Source: a virus. Taken from it: a stretch of DNA of 64,000 nucleotides. Below, piece by piece: positions 10,501 through 18,560 of this stretch. The stretch's first letter is position 1. Every line of letters begins with the position of its first letter. The position numbers and the translations under genes are program-made. The DNA lies in the IMG/VR virus record IMGVR_UViG_3300046534_001341, positions 1 through 64,000 of that record; one strand, 5' to 3'. The notes below the pieces were generated by a model. The model saw nothing but the letters and a program-made list of their open reading frames with translations. It had not been told where the DNA came from and searched no databases.

Positions 10501-11374
10501 GCGTGGCCTGATCCAAGTTAAGAACTTCTGCCTTGGCATCCAATCCATTACTCATACCTTCAGTCACAGCAACTGTGGCCAGACCAGCAGTAGTAGCGAT
10601 CTTAGCTACAGCTTTTTTGCCGACTTCGGATGCAAGGAACTTCTTCTGTGCCACTGGAGTTGCTTTACTTAATAGGGATGTAGTTAGTGCTTTACCCGCG
10701 GCACCACCAAGGAACATCTGAGGCAACGACTCCACCAGACTATCCACAGTAGCAAGAGGGTTAGAGGCTTGGGCCACAACCGAGTCAACAAGGGCTTCAC
10801 CTTGCTCACCAAAAAATTGTTTAACTACGTTCTCACCTTCAACACGCATACCTTCGATACGATCTTTAGTGGTGGTAGCAGCCTCAGCTACTTCTTCCAT
10901 CTGGAACTGAGTCTTATCGGACTGCATGCTTGACAGGAAGTCACGAGTAACACTGAAGTTTTTGGAGTGACCGCCTGTCACCTCATCTAATGATGGGATC
11001 TCTGAGCCAGTGAACTCACCTTTAGCAAGCGAACGTCCTGCAGCATCCACAAGGGTGGCTGGGTTGTATCGGGAAACTAAATCAGCAGCACCATAAGCAA
11101 TACCACCAAGAGCCACAGCACCTTTGGCCACAGACAATGCAGTATCACCTACAGCTTCACCGGCAGAGCGGTTCTGGTTACGTCGATTGAATTTATTACG
11201 AAGAAGGTCGTTCTCTTTATTGTGGGTACCAAGCAAGGCTTGCTTAGCAGTAGAGGCGTTGATCACGCCATCCCTTTTAGCTTCTTCCTGTGCCACCTGA
11301 CTATCAAAAGCTGCTGCTTCTTCAGTGGTATTGAAGTCGAATGTAAAGTCCGAAGGGGTGCCGTAATCAGCCAT
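1586..11374 (-). CDS. Virion-encapsidated RNA polymerase (N4 gp50-like vRNAP)
   Basis: 3262 aa. T7-like motifs KQGR, EIDGLTNG (A), RNSAKAPLVQTVYG (B), VHDAII (C). HELVH zincin-like motif. No Cys seen on reading, as in N4 vRNAP. Confidence 0.97.
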   Translation of the reverse strand: MADYGTPSDFTFDFNTTEEAAAFDSQVAQEEAKRDGVINASTAKQALLGTHNKENDLLRNKFNRRNQNRSAGEAVGDTALSVAKGAVALGGIAYGAADLVSRYNPATLVDAAGRSLAKGEFTGSEIPSLDEVTGGHSKNFSVTRDFLSSMQSDKTQFQMEEVAEAATTTKDRIEGMRVEGENVVKQFFGEQGEALVDSVVAQASNPLATVDSLVESLPQMFLGGAAGKALTTSLLSKATPVAQKKFLASEVGKKAVAKIATTAGLATVAVTEGMSNGLDAKAEVLNLDQATLEEGSPYFLDLMAQGDSFEDARMKVSNRVFDVTAAISGSVGAVASKLTGAAKFEGSLFTPGSAVGSIITKTGRNAASEGAEETIQGGSGAAAGNVATKLYVDEDQELSEGVGTAAGAGLVVGTASGVAVGGVANTIQGAKDTIQTQKNDMASKAAAKATVDAVVESGDVSTVTDTEASDYELTTSLAAIHERNDAEGTTQEERTKNAAEAVELITKADEKVDALTKKMATSRDPKLQRSLAKEVETLQEEMDQGIERLGAIQQGASRKFFENSSIEKLAKENTPESAARVLGSMRMSPETVSIEEAETLLDNNTISPEEKTEIKDHIKVQKAIQTLDGTNSEIISGGNDNAGISTHQQRISSALELGNTDGAAKALKTLEVFTRGHSQKARDFVAAYKPFQGKPANYKPTDEHQAAIDLVGSTYTTARGKPIQIHRNSNLPNNPLVDTVVQEANALRAAVVQGRNRVKGSAVRDEVSEVSSGNSTERTLATDAPSSAASLSSDKSSSATPLQEEQSVAETTKLRELNKPEEAKPTVGLFKEPQQGGEASTTSDTVIPTADVRSEKENEFSFVSPTPTEDQATKAEEEAQPYPIAESGKGLTLENFNESEQDTRVIQSLSQQGITQKQMAKFLDTPVKQEEFMARRNDNRPDAIKAKQGLSRKGLANDTRAAVDALTDMGFFKEPNTYNMASRLTGHSVDLEGMSPKDRVGRFYNLNMVQQYFTTRREKDTDVSGNILTSVEDFFSSLVDVQDSVEIHLDEPTSIEQVSTLNSMFNFNAEMGKSFKKLFKARASFLHQDYMQYLAGVDGTFDPNVISSIAMGAYNWVATSAGDTLYNQDRDINAIIGRGSKEYVASAARELLGKVGVSRSVLASSIGKDVMKTLGIKAGKDAPGNMKSQLEHSVGLMALHMLQDSGYLTTTEIPFNQIAALTNETEITAQASVGAIDADKQANTDNTVTTFYKVATKQEENAFGEMVDVPIDIVTDIKEGLKAADGIMDKLFSVQSAKVKPSFVSPENVVQTMENTGQKVPENLREIIGKDQARPWTLKIGSVAVHQFLPLESQMELYGYIGGIEGKVHAENLLGKEAANAEVTREIEYLNDHIDDVMNQGEDTPFYNSYNIWKQGRAGQQSNTFNMQTSKIHRHFAKQESFNSEVNLTVPSQVNDFMMAIAEAFDISTDKQMPEVSLQQIRELIQDDEIKAAVVAINKIGTDDINEEQMQQDIMIAVRKVRPGDYGSIEEGAYALDGLVSLAAMVAAQNAGKDTFQSDIFREIDGLTNGPAIGILQLNAGADQADVRNKLERTGMLFGNQDSVLEHITKDSSVDSYVALAGIWAERLKSINASPRVLEAASSLYGDINRNSAKAPLVQTVYGAGNVSIKQLVSDGFISNFYSQIEGAIAETDAEKGGQLLWDLENTVNTLAPNGGFSFPKNNNGSVDITAALQYKMPYKAEMHIREFAETTYGTELIEAIDTEFSDFKEKGKLINSAMDIVFQTYDKMYRDLVTQRQEEMYLSGELIRDVTTLPETEMTIIRERLMEGSPVMHSFFSQQEGKVDTGINVAKFKAARFSGKKALLTEQVYKTPPNGSQNKSSKANATEMEMIAPGVAPTVMGIQGVDAATMFTYLENNNALNVHDAIIVGQAETKAQGQTMNKGYNKVHSEYSVMGAAQDALTRTMALATELDDENGNSRYLEVALTAARENLHEDTTVPKGRNELQVFQVKMANTVREVDLGKLANLEDHTIQGQYLADGTELRKSEQTTTKLNDILDNFIDSLGSTNGGINPDTFQAKTIEAVNAMNSEDVFDNLGSQEQFVPESLEHGNYLRKLLKGSINKVLVPFNLHRKDSPDSETMGATTGLDMYIVHQANGTTPATSGMLVNGIRMSAQEVYLHELVHNVSRAGINGRSVAQRQLKRLHALAKENFTIKDFMANENLLPSDPSYSDEYAAAKARHDHIFNLVSNAPVRSIDETTGLNRTLETADYLHEFMAFGMTNAKFKTKLGSLQSRLKPDGIFKGSLLDIMGNIFDMVVTFITDRMHKVTEATADAQLDALFTQLSNIEQRHKSDLVRSMEAAGTKTIEGMNEIIAFTKSQIIKAAELPPIKSSQFAVVRATGAITALVASDRAKYVANAYQNMRDTVRQGQQGFMNATITEALGRQDDNGTFHDLGRVGNMVIDRQRKMIAESVSETLLKQFKGELTDDQKIAISKAMIKTDLVSLTDAYSLPELAQMLKEGNNDLTTEITSLKNQLNKFGNHRGFYKRSAVALGYYMATGRKSEQHLLLNAKQIADLSGTGKDKPNQDVIDTAEILVDRLASLVAVKYTAIDHRNALSELILSETARNDDGGTATENGITFTLWQHKSLKAESKKRLFVGSNAMVKGYTKEIVNPHIDVTYATENEGDDLAKRMYKREGGPVVRDANDLNTVPVYRYVSRHGGLSTYDAGVTSRTSKVAKGTDTINLRTQAGDDSPSLNGRLDVATIKANKQQAINEMFMDRDVDPTKIKSNFMVPVLNQLREVVSYRYMMEEQTKDSLLQKNNRFEDVMGAMAGNIVDKVSSESINNKSIDALKEQYDKEYSTRFRSYVEIGPRSPDKRLREIYFALPNEARQKVKQVWGGDTMLVRNDLVDMVFGQRKLSVADAFQMPKEEREFHQKMLLGAAELFLGKQAAGKLKFAENIWQEVVKSLKDIIVIKSFIVTAANTVSNGVMLKVLGVPMKNILKHQAEAFSGARAYQKDYAELLELQRLVKAKEAGNPGINLNKEKARVVELKNDLANNPVRELVEAGVYQTVVEDIAASKDEYSYKSKAAQAIDKFTDFGSKTPSTVKKIISNALILQDSEVYKTLNQAAQLSDFVSRYALHKHYTTRAVDPLSKKDSIEKIVNIFINYDLPTHKYTQYGNDMGVVWFSKYRIRILKVMAETMHENPARVFMLFALQGFVGDLPDIWDSSINIADTIHAPQMGLSQIGTINAVEGLL

Positions 11375-11385
11375 CTGTTTACCTA

Positions 11386-12945
11386 TTAGTTATTTTGTCG
11401 TTGTAATCTCCGCTGGATAATAGCATCTGCTGACGCAGTTCCGGTAACTATCTTCGCATCCTTTTTGTACTGCTTAAGTTTATTGGAAGCATTTGCCCTT
11501 TTTTTGGCATCAACACCTAGACGAGCTCGGTCCACTTTAGCTTGAGATGTTTTGATCTTTTCCTTGCGGGTCTTGCCCTCAGGATCGGTAGCAATAATCC
11601 TAACCAAATCCTCAAACTTCTTGATATCAGTGGTTGGGTTACCCCACGCCTCCTCCTTATTCTGGGTAGAACCCATCAAAGCAGATTCGATCATCCAAGG
11701 CTTAACCTCGTAATCAACCCCATCTTTGCTGTAGCTCTGACCTGAAAGAGTAGTAATGATATTTTGTAGTTTCTCACCACCATGGGCATTAGAGAAGCCA
11801 TCCATCCAACTACCTTGAGGTGCTCGCTCCATAGCCAACTGACGTACTGAGTTCAGGGTAGTAGATTCTAAACGTGCAGTTTCTTCAGGGGATGTAGGAT
11901 TCAATGCAACCAATCGTTGGTGCTCTGATTCCATCTGTGTGAACTGAGCATCAGCCTGAGCATTATCCTGATTGATTTCAGTGGTGTAACGGGCCTGAGC
12001 TTGGTCACCTAAACCAGAATTACTAGCTAACCCAGCAGTCACAGCATCCATACGGGTTACTTGATCAGTACCTGTAATACCGGCTGCAGATAATTGACGA
12101 CGTGTACGGTCACCTAACTGCTCGTCGGTAAGTGCTTGGCCAAACCCTTTAGTTTCAGCGGCTACATCATCAGTACGTGCTTCAAGCCGCATACGGAACT
12201 GTTCCTCTGCACCTACACCCTCGAACTCAGTACCGGATACGTCGTAATTACCATCCTTATCCAGAGATACACCTGAGGTACTGGCAGCAATTTCCTTACG
12301 AGCATCAGCAATTATCTTGCTGTTGGTGTTACGCTGGTTCTCGTTATTGGCAATATTACTATCAACTATCTGACCACCTTTGATCTCTCGCTGGCGGTTC
12401 TGCTCAACAAGAGCACGTTCGTTGAATGAACGGTTGCCTGATTCAAGGGCACCCATTAATCCAGTCTTGTCACGTATATTGGATTTAGCCAACATCTCAC
12501 GAGCATCTGTGTATCGTTCAGAAGCAATGAGATTACCGATCTCCTGAGCCTCTGGAGCCTCCTCACGGGAGAATGCAGCATTCCGGTTAGCGAATGTATT
12601 GGCCTGCTCTTTAGCTATGGCCTGGTCGCGCCCCTGGAGCTGAGAGAATACACGTCCCTGATCGGCACGACTTAAACCAGCAACATTGTTACCAGCAAAA
12701 GTACCGTTCTGACGGGCCTGCTCTAACTGCTCAGTATTCAAGCCATCAATCTGTTGCATGAACCCTTGTGCTCCGGCGGCAGATTCCTCTACCTCACCAG
12801 CACGAGTACGATCAACAAATCCTTGCCCAGCCTGATTGATTGTGTCCAACCCACGAGACATCTGATCTGAGCTATTGGTCAGTAAGCTATTGGCAGCCGA
12901 GTTACTCGGTGCGTTCACGTTACGCCATGTGATAGGTGCTGCCAT
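11386..12945 (-). CDS. Virion ejection protein (N4 gp51-like)
   Basis: N-terminal PITWRNV motif, no Cys, immediately upstream of vRNAP. Confidence 0.75.
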   Translation of the reverse strand: MAAPITWRNVNAPSNSAANSLLTNSSDQMSRGLDTINQAGQGFVDRTRAGEVEESAAGAQGFMQQIDGLNTEQLEQARQNGTFAGNNVAGLSRADQGRVFSQLQGRDQAIAKEQANTFANRNAAFSREEAPEAQEIGNLIASERYTDAREMLAKSNIRDKTGLMGALESGNRSFNERALVEQNRQREIKGGQIVDSNIANNENQRNTNSKIIADARKEIAASTSGVSLDKDGNYDVSGTEFEGVGAEEQFRMRLEARTDDVAAETKGFGQALTDEQLGDRTRRQLSAAGITGTDQVTRMDAVTAGLASNSGLGDQAQARYTTEINQDNAQADAQFTQMESEHQRLVALNPTSPEETARLESTTLNSVRQLAMERAPQGSWMDGFSNAHGGEKLQNIITTLSGQSYSKDGVDYEVKPWMIESALMGSTQNKEEAWGNPTTDIKKFEDLVRIIATDPEGKTRKEKIKTSQAKVDRARLGVDAKKRANASNKLKQYKKDAKIVTGTASADAIIQRRLQRQNN

Positions 12946-12946
12946 A

Positions 12947-13408
12947 TTATGCCCCCACTACTCGTCCATTAGCACCACGAACACCCCGATCTTCTAGGTA
13001 TTCCTCTTCGGTACCAAAATTCATATTACCGTTGCTCTTGGCAGAATCCGCAAGAACAGCGTATTTATCTGATAACTGGTTATTCACGAGACCTGCTTGA
13101 GTGTTGAAGTTTAGGCTAAACTGCTTCTTGTTCTCAGCAAGCTGATCCTTAGCCAAACCGTAATTCTTGTAACCCATATAAGCATTAGCCAAACCATTGA
13201 ATGCTTGGACACCCCCCATGAAATTCTGGCCCATAGTGGAGCCCTGACCAAAAGCTGGAGGCTGGTTGTTGTTGCCAAAATTCATTTCAGTGCCGGGGGC
13301 ACCAAATGAGTTAGGGTCGATGTCCATAGGGTTCTGTGGTGTATCCAGCCCCTGCACACCAAACATAGACTGTTGTGGTTGGTAGGTACTTCCGAAATTA
13401 AATTCCAT
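12947..13408 (-). CDS. Virion ejection protein (N4 gp52-like)
   Basis: 153 aa, AYMGYKNYGLAKDQL motif, Gly/Asn-rich, synteny. Confidence 0.75.
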   Translation of the reverse strand: MEFNFGSTYQPQQSMFGVQGLDTPQNPMDIDPNSFGAPGTEMNFGNNNQPPAFGQGSTMGQNFMGGVQAFNGLANAYMGYKNYGLAKDQLAENKKQFSLNFNTQAGLVNNQLSDKYAVLADSAKSNGNMNFGTEEEYLEDRGVRGANGRVVGA

Positions 13409-13419
13409 ATTTCATGTCC

Positions 13420-15444
13420 TCAAACATATTTATTAGATAAGTCAGTGCCTTTTGGCAACTGAAGCGCACTGTCATGCCACCCACGAAGAGCATCAAAGCC
13501 GATCAATCCAGGGTTATTATGTAACGTCCTGAAGTAAAAAGCTTCTGGTCCTTCCTCAGGCAACCACTTGTATTGGTGCTCCAACACATACAGCGGGTCA
13601 ATATTACCGTTTGAGTCCAGTAGGTCTTGTGAGGCTACCAGTTGTTCAGTCAGGCGTTCCTGCTCTTCTATTACCGTTTCTGATTCTGAGATGAGATCTT
13701 CCATCTTATCTTCATAGTAACCAGAAACACTTACTGTAACTGCCAACACAACCTGAAGTAATGTGATCGCTGTAGGCATGGTCGTAAGTACCATATCTAA
13801 GTTACCTGTAGATATGGCTACAATGGTAGCTATAGCGGCAAGTATCAAAGCTAAATCACCACCGATCGTATTAACCAAAAAGTCTACAGCAATCTTGATT
13901 GCTATCTGGGTACCTACGTATACAAGTAACTCCCCTAAGGTAGCTATCTCCGGTTGGAAAAAAACAATAGCTACAATGATCAGCACTATTTGTATTAGTT
14001 TAAAGAAAAGGGGGTCCTCATACCACTCCCAACTGGTTTTTACTACAGCATGCACAACCATAACCATACAGTCATAATATAAATCAGCCCGCTCAAGGGT
14101 CTCTTCAGTAAAGCTATCAACCAATGACATAGCTAAAGGGATTATAAACATAGCATCGTCTTTAAGACTACCATCAAGACCAGTAACTACAACCTTGTTG
14201 CTGTGAGGCCTACCCGTATGAACTAAACCATGTACTAATACTTGTTGATATTGGGTCGTATTTATCTGCTGCCTAAGTATGTACTCGCTAGTAGGGGAAC
14301 TATTTTTAGGGAGTGTTGCAACATTTGTTCTTGTAGTGGTGCCAATTGGTCCTAGGTTACCCTCCACAATCTGCACATCAATGTAGTTGTACTCAAATTG
14401 CATACGGGCATCACGATCTGCGATGGATATTTTGGTAGTGGGGCGATGCACCAGAACCGTCCTCCTAGTGGTTTTAGCACCAACCTGCTTGGTAGAAAGC
14501 GATTCATCCCACAATTGCTTCGTGGATTTTGTTCTTACGGATAAAGTCAGGAAGTAATCGAATAAATACCTGAGAGTCGTTGGGGAATCTGATTGTATGT
14601 CAGCAGCAAACATAACCATTACATCATAAATATCATTTATGTCTGGGTTTTCCATTACGCTGTCTGTGATGCCCTGTAAATCCATACCCAAAGTACCCAT
14701 CATTTTCTTAGAGGTGTTTAATAAGTCACCATCAAGGGTATCTACCAAGTTTTCCTTATCGGATCTTAGAATAACAATAGGTAGGTACGTGCTGTCGCTG
14801 TACACACCAGTCGATACCCCCAACTCTGCATGAATCGCAAGCTTAGGGTTATACGACCAGTACAGAGGTGTCTGGCTAGCGTCGTTTGGCATGTAGTAGT
14901 GTACGTTGTAATGCTCATCATACAGCTCAGCACCGGGCACCGTGTAATTTCTACTTACGGGGGCTACCCCATCCAAGAAATTGATCGATATAGTACCAGC
15001 ACCTCCTCTGAATTCAGCATCCACGTATTTAAGCACACCTGTAGGAACAAAATCAGGAGCCGCTACGATGAGTGTAGCTGGGTCCATACCTAAGTTATCC
15101 CTAAGATACTGGTGAGCTATGTGGTCCACCTCAGGGGTGTCTAAAGCAGCCTCAACTATATGGACAGGACTGCCTTCCTTGAGGTTTAGGATATCGAATA
15201 TAGGTATCAATGGTACGAAGCCAACGGTCATATCTCCCTGAGGTAAACCAGGGGAATATTTATCTTTACCGTATTTGACGTATCGATCTACTGCATGGCT
15301 GAAGTTGGTACGTAAGGCTTGAATAACTGAGGTACCGGCGTCCTGTCCTTTCAGGATACCTTCGATGATATTTTCCTTCATTACATCAGGACTATCCTCG
15401 ACCATACGTAAAGTCATTACTGCTACATCTGTTCGACTAGGCAT
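13420..15444 (-). CDS. Structural protein (N4 gp53-like) with C-terminal hydrophobic segments
   Basis: 674 aa, synteny, several hydrophobic helices after WEWYE. Confidence 0.7.
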   Translation of the reverse strand: MPSRTDVAVMTLRMVEDSPDVMKENIIEGILKGQDAGTSVIQALRTNFSHAVDRYVKYGKDKYSPGLPQGDMTVGFVPLIPIFDILNLKEGSPVHIVEAALDTPEVDHIAHQYLRDNLGMDPATLIVAAPDFVPTGVLKYVDAEFRGGAGTISINFLDGVAPVSRNYTVPGAELYDEHYNVHYYMPNDASQTPLYWSYNPKLAIHAELGVSTGVYSDSTYLPIVILRSDKENLVDTLDGDLLNTSKKMMGTLGMDLQGITDSVMENPDINDIYDVMVMFAADIQSDSPTTLRYLFDYFLTLSVRTKSTKQLWDESLSTKQVGAKTTRRTVLVHRPTTKISIADRDARMQFEYNYIDVQIVEGNLGPIGTTTRTNVATLPKNSSPTSEYILRQQINTTQYQQVLVHGLVHTGRPHSNKVVVTGLDGSLKDDAMFIIPLAMSLVDSFTEETLERADLYYDCMVMVVHAVVKTSWEWYEDPLFFKLIQIVLIIVAIVFFQPEIATLGELLVYVGTQIAIKIAVDFLVNTIGGDLALILAAIATIVAISTGNLDMVLTTMPTAITLLQVVLAVTVSVSGYYEDKMEDLISESETVIEEQERLTEQLVASQDLLDSNGNIDPLYVLEHQYKWLPEEGPEAFYFRTLHNNPGLIGFDALRGWHDSALQLPKGTDLSNKYV

Positions 15445-15458
15445 GGACGAGATTCCTG

Positions 15459-16373
15459 TTATTCAGTGAAGGTATTATTTGTGGCGTTATTAATTGCAGT
15501 ATCTATTATAGCCTTAATGCTAGGACCGTCCACACCATTGTCCCCTGGTAGGGATGCCGCAGAAGAATCTGAGAATCGAACTATCCAAGCATCGACCATC
15601 ATCTTCATGACCTTCTGTTCAGAGTCACGTTGAAATCCTTTTGTTTGTTGTTCACGTAAACGATTCTCTTGGAAGATTACCCCACCACTAACATTAGATC
15701 GTGTACCACCATTCTCAACAGCACCTGTAGAGTCATACGTGTGTACTGTGCTTGAAGTCTGAGCTTGTTCAGTAGCTCGCTTCTGTTGAAGCAATAACTT
15801 CTCAGAGGTAACCTTATTAAGTTGCTCATCGATAACCAGTTTAGTGGATGCAGAATTAATAGTCTTCTGTAATGTATCTGCTTTGCTGGCACCGATAACA
15901 CCATCAACGATGTTATCCACGGATAAGAACTCACCCGTATCTAAATCATAAGTAGGTACTGAGTCACTGGTCTGAGCTAATTCAGTAACAAATTTTTGCT
16001 TAATCAATCGCCCTTCAAGTTCGGCGTTGATGTTCTGCTGTGCAAACAGCTCTTGCTGCAACGAAGCATTAATTATTTCCTGCTCGACCTTAATACGCTG
16101 CACATCAAGTAAGGCAGCTTGGTTAGCGGAGGATTGTTTGTTCAATGCAAATTGAGTTGCCTGAGACATAACGGCTGTAGTCAACTCAATAAACACCTTG
16201 GCGTAATCAGGCCCACTTATCCGCTTACTCTGGTATGCCTTATCCATACGGACTTGGACGGCATCCATCAGACCCTCAAACATACCGGCGTTAACGTCGG
16301 TCACATCAGTGATCTCAATAGGTTTGATCGAGACAGGTAGCTGGTCTACTGGTAAGGGGATAGGTAGTGGCAT
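15459..16373 (-). CDS. Structural/tail protein (N4 gp54-like)
   Basis: GMFEGLM...RISGPDYAKVF and GFQRDSEQK...DAW motifs; synteny. Confidence 0.75.
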   Translation of the reverse strand: MPLPIPLPVDQLPVSIKPIEITDVTDVNAGMFEGLMDAVQVRMDKAYQSKRISGPDYAKVFIELTTAVMSQATQFALNKQSSANQAALLDVQRIKVEQEIINASLQQELFAQQNINAELEGRLIKQKFVTELAQTSDSVPTYDLDTGEFLSVDNIVDGVIGASKADTLQKTINSASTKLVIDEQLNKVTSEKLLLQQKRATEQAQTSSTVHTYDSTGAVENGGTRSNVSGGVIFQENRLREQQTKGFQRDSEQKVMKMMVDAWIVRFSDSSAASLPGDNGVDGPSIKAIIDTAINNATNNTFTE

Positions 16374-16385
16374 AGGTTACTCCAA

Positions 16386-16988
16386 TTAGTCTTCTAGGTT
16401 GTTACGTTGCTTTTGGTCACGAGCCAAGGTGTCTAACTCTTTAGTGGTTAGTGGTTTAAGGACTCGAACTGAGAATTCCTTAACTAATTTACCTTTACGA
16501 ACCTTGTTACCACGAGGGCCTTTAACTGTATGGAAAACCTGGCACTGTGCCTCTTCGATATTGTCCAAGATGATCTTAGGTATGTGGAAACCTTCTTCTA
16601 CATCAAAAGGAACAACCTTGGTGATGGTACCGATAACAGAGTTACTTACAGAGAACATCTGAAATTCTTGTTCCTGCTTGCGGGGGTTCATACAGCTCAC
16701 CACACAACGAACCAAACGAGTAGCTTCTTTGTGTAGGCGTGCACGACGCTGTGGGGTGGTTTCTGCTTTAGGTGCTGGCTTTGTTGTTTGTACCGGAATT
16801 TCAACTATAGGAGCTTCTTCAGAGGGTTTAGGCTCCATAGCTTCTTTCACTAATAACTTCAACTTATCCAGCCCCATGGATGGGTGGTGGGATAGGCCTA
16901 GTGTTTTAGCACGGGCACGCAGCATTTCAATTTCAGTGGGTGCTTGTGCATCCAACTTATCTTGTTGTTCTTCAGTAACATCTACCAT
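16386..16988 (-). CDS. N4 gp55-like conserved protein
   Basis: LRARAKTLGLSHHPSMG and RLVRCVVSCMNP motifs; downstream of the capsid gene. Confidence 0.8.
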   Translation of the reverse strand: MVDVTEEQQDKLDAQAPTEIEMLRARAKTLGLSHHPSMGLDKLKLLVKEAMEPKPSEEAPIVEIPVQTTKPAPKAETTPQRRARLHKEATRLVRCVVSCMNPRKQEQEFQMFSVSNSVIGTITKVVPFDVEEGFHIPKIILDNIEEAQCQVFHTVKGPRGNKVRKGKLVKEFSVRVLKPLTTKELDTLARDQKQRNNLED

Positions 16989-17048
16989 GTTCTTTCCTCA
17001 ATCCGATTTTTTAGTTAATTGATGTAGGAGGGGGAAACCTCCTATACC

Positions 17049-17071
17049 AAAAAAGCCACCCGAAGGTGGCT
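17049..17071 (-). terminator. Intrinsic terminator after the major capsid gene
   Basis: Minus strand AGCCACC-TTCG-GGTGGCT followed by a T-run. Confidence 0.85.
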
Positions 17072-17090
17072 GATTTAAACTACTTGATTA

Positions 17091-18527
17091 TTACCAAGTT
17101 GCAACGGTTTTAACCAGTGCGATACGTTCAGGACGTAAGGCCATGAAGCCGTAGTACCACTTGATTGACATAAAGCCTAGCTCGCCGTACGGATCATCAC
17201 GAGAGTAAGCTTGTTCAGTTTCAGGCTTAACGTGCTTGATCTTGAACTTAACAGTCTTACCATCAGTCTGGAAACCGATAGTAGTGAAAGATGCATCACC
17301 AACAACCAACATTGGGAATACATCGTATTTACCACCAGTTTCACGGTAACCGTCGTTACTAGAAACAGTTGCGCCAGCAGCAGACCAATGCATCATTTCA
17401 GGAACAACCACGATACGGAACTGATCGATTGAACCAATCTCACCTTCAAGAAGGGTAGTCGCGTTACCGTACTGACGAACTGGAATGAACGCCTGGTTAC
17501 CGAAAGTATCAAGCATGGCTTTAACCATAGGCTCTAACTCGTTACCGATGTACATGATACGAGCAGAGTCGATAGTCTTAGTATCAACCATTCGAGTACC
17601 AGTGATGATCTTGGTGTTCTTAGGGCAGCGGTTGTTATCCAAGTCGATTGATAGACGCATCAGATCGCCGTAAGTAGGAAGGGAAGCAACGCTACCATTC
17701 TCACCAGTAAGAGTAGAGGTAGTAGTGGCTTCACCACCGAAACGAATAACACCAGCAGCATTCAATAAATCGATCTGCAAAGCATCTTCAGTCATTTCAC
17801 TAGCGCCAAGAACCATCTCACGAGTTACGTGCATGTCCAATTCAGCGTCAGTATCAAAGTCCAAAGACTCTTTGGTGTATTCATCGAAGAAACCGAACTT
17901 CTCAAGGTTGCCCTCGATTTGCTTACGTGTGAAACCAACGCGGTTAACACGACCACCAGTTTCAGACAGGGCAGGCATCTTGGCAGCGATTGTGCCAACA
18001 TCCTTACTTGAGCCGTATAAGTTACCTGATTCAGGGACTACGGTTGCAGTCTGCGCTTCAGTCGTATCGATAACCCAAGCTGGGTCACGAGCTTCAAGGA
18101 TCGCTTTGACTTTAGTGATGCTGTCATTAGCAGATACGGTGATGTCCAAACCAGACATCTGACCAACCACAATCAAGGCAGCGGCATTCGTAGCTGCGAT
18201 AGCTGCGGCAGCGTTGGCACCTTCACGCATAACGTATTCAGTGGTGTACTGATTGTCTTCGGCTTCATCAGGACGACTGATGCCAATGGTTGCTGACATC
18301 ACAGTAGAGGCGCCGTTGGCATCAATACCCTGATCGTTAATGTTGGCATCATCCAGCAAAGGTAGGTAGATATATTGAACGATCTTCTTACCCATGTTTT
18401 TAGGCATGGAGATTGTGTCGGCTAACTGACCGAAGAACTGCTTCTTCTTCGCTTCAATGAGAGCCTTTTTGTTATAAAAGTCAACGCGAAACTGCGCGCC
18501 GATCGGGTCGCTATACTGCATAGTCAT
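17091..18527 (-). CDS. Major capsid protein (N4 gp56-like)
   Basis: PLLDDANINDQGID, GNLYGSSKD, GGRVNRVGF, DPYGELGFMSIKWYYG motifs. Confidence 0.95.
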   Translation of the reverse strand: MTMQYSDPIGAQFRVDFYNKKALIEAKKKQFFGQLADTISMPKNMGKKIVQYIYLPLLDDANINDQGIDANGASTVMSATIGISRPDEAEDNQYTTEYVMREGANAAAAIAATNAAALIVVGQMSGLDITVSANDSITKVKAILEARDPAWVIDTTEAQTATVVPESGNLYGSSKDVGTIAAKMPALSETGGRVNRVGFTRKQIEGNLEKFGFFDEYTKESLDFDTDAELDMHVTREMVLGASEMTEDALQIDLLNAAGVIRFGGEATTTSTLTGENGSVASLPTYGDLMRLSIDLDNNRCPKNTKIITGTRMVDTKTIDSARIMYIGNELEPMVKAMLDTFGNQAFIPVRQYGNATTLLEGEIGSIDQFRIVVVPEMMHWSAAGATVSSNDGYRETGGKYDVFPMLVVGDASFTTIGFQTDGKTVKFKIKHVKPETEQAYSRDDPYGELGFMSIKWYYGFMALRPERIALVKTVATW

Positions 18528-18560
18528 GATTTTGTGCTCCTAATGGATTACAGGGTTGGG

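Noticed and set aside
1586-13408. Apparent absence of cysteine in vRNAP and gp51/gp52-like proteins
   Set aside because: Already known for N4 ejected proteins; used as supporting evidence only.
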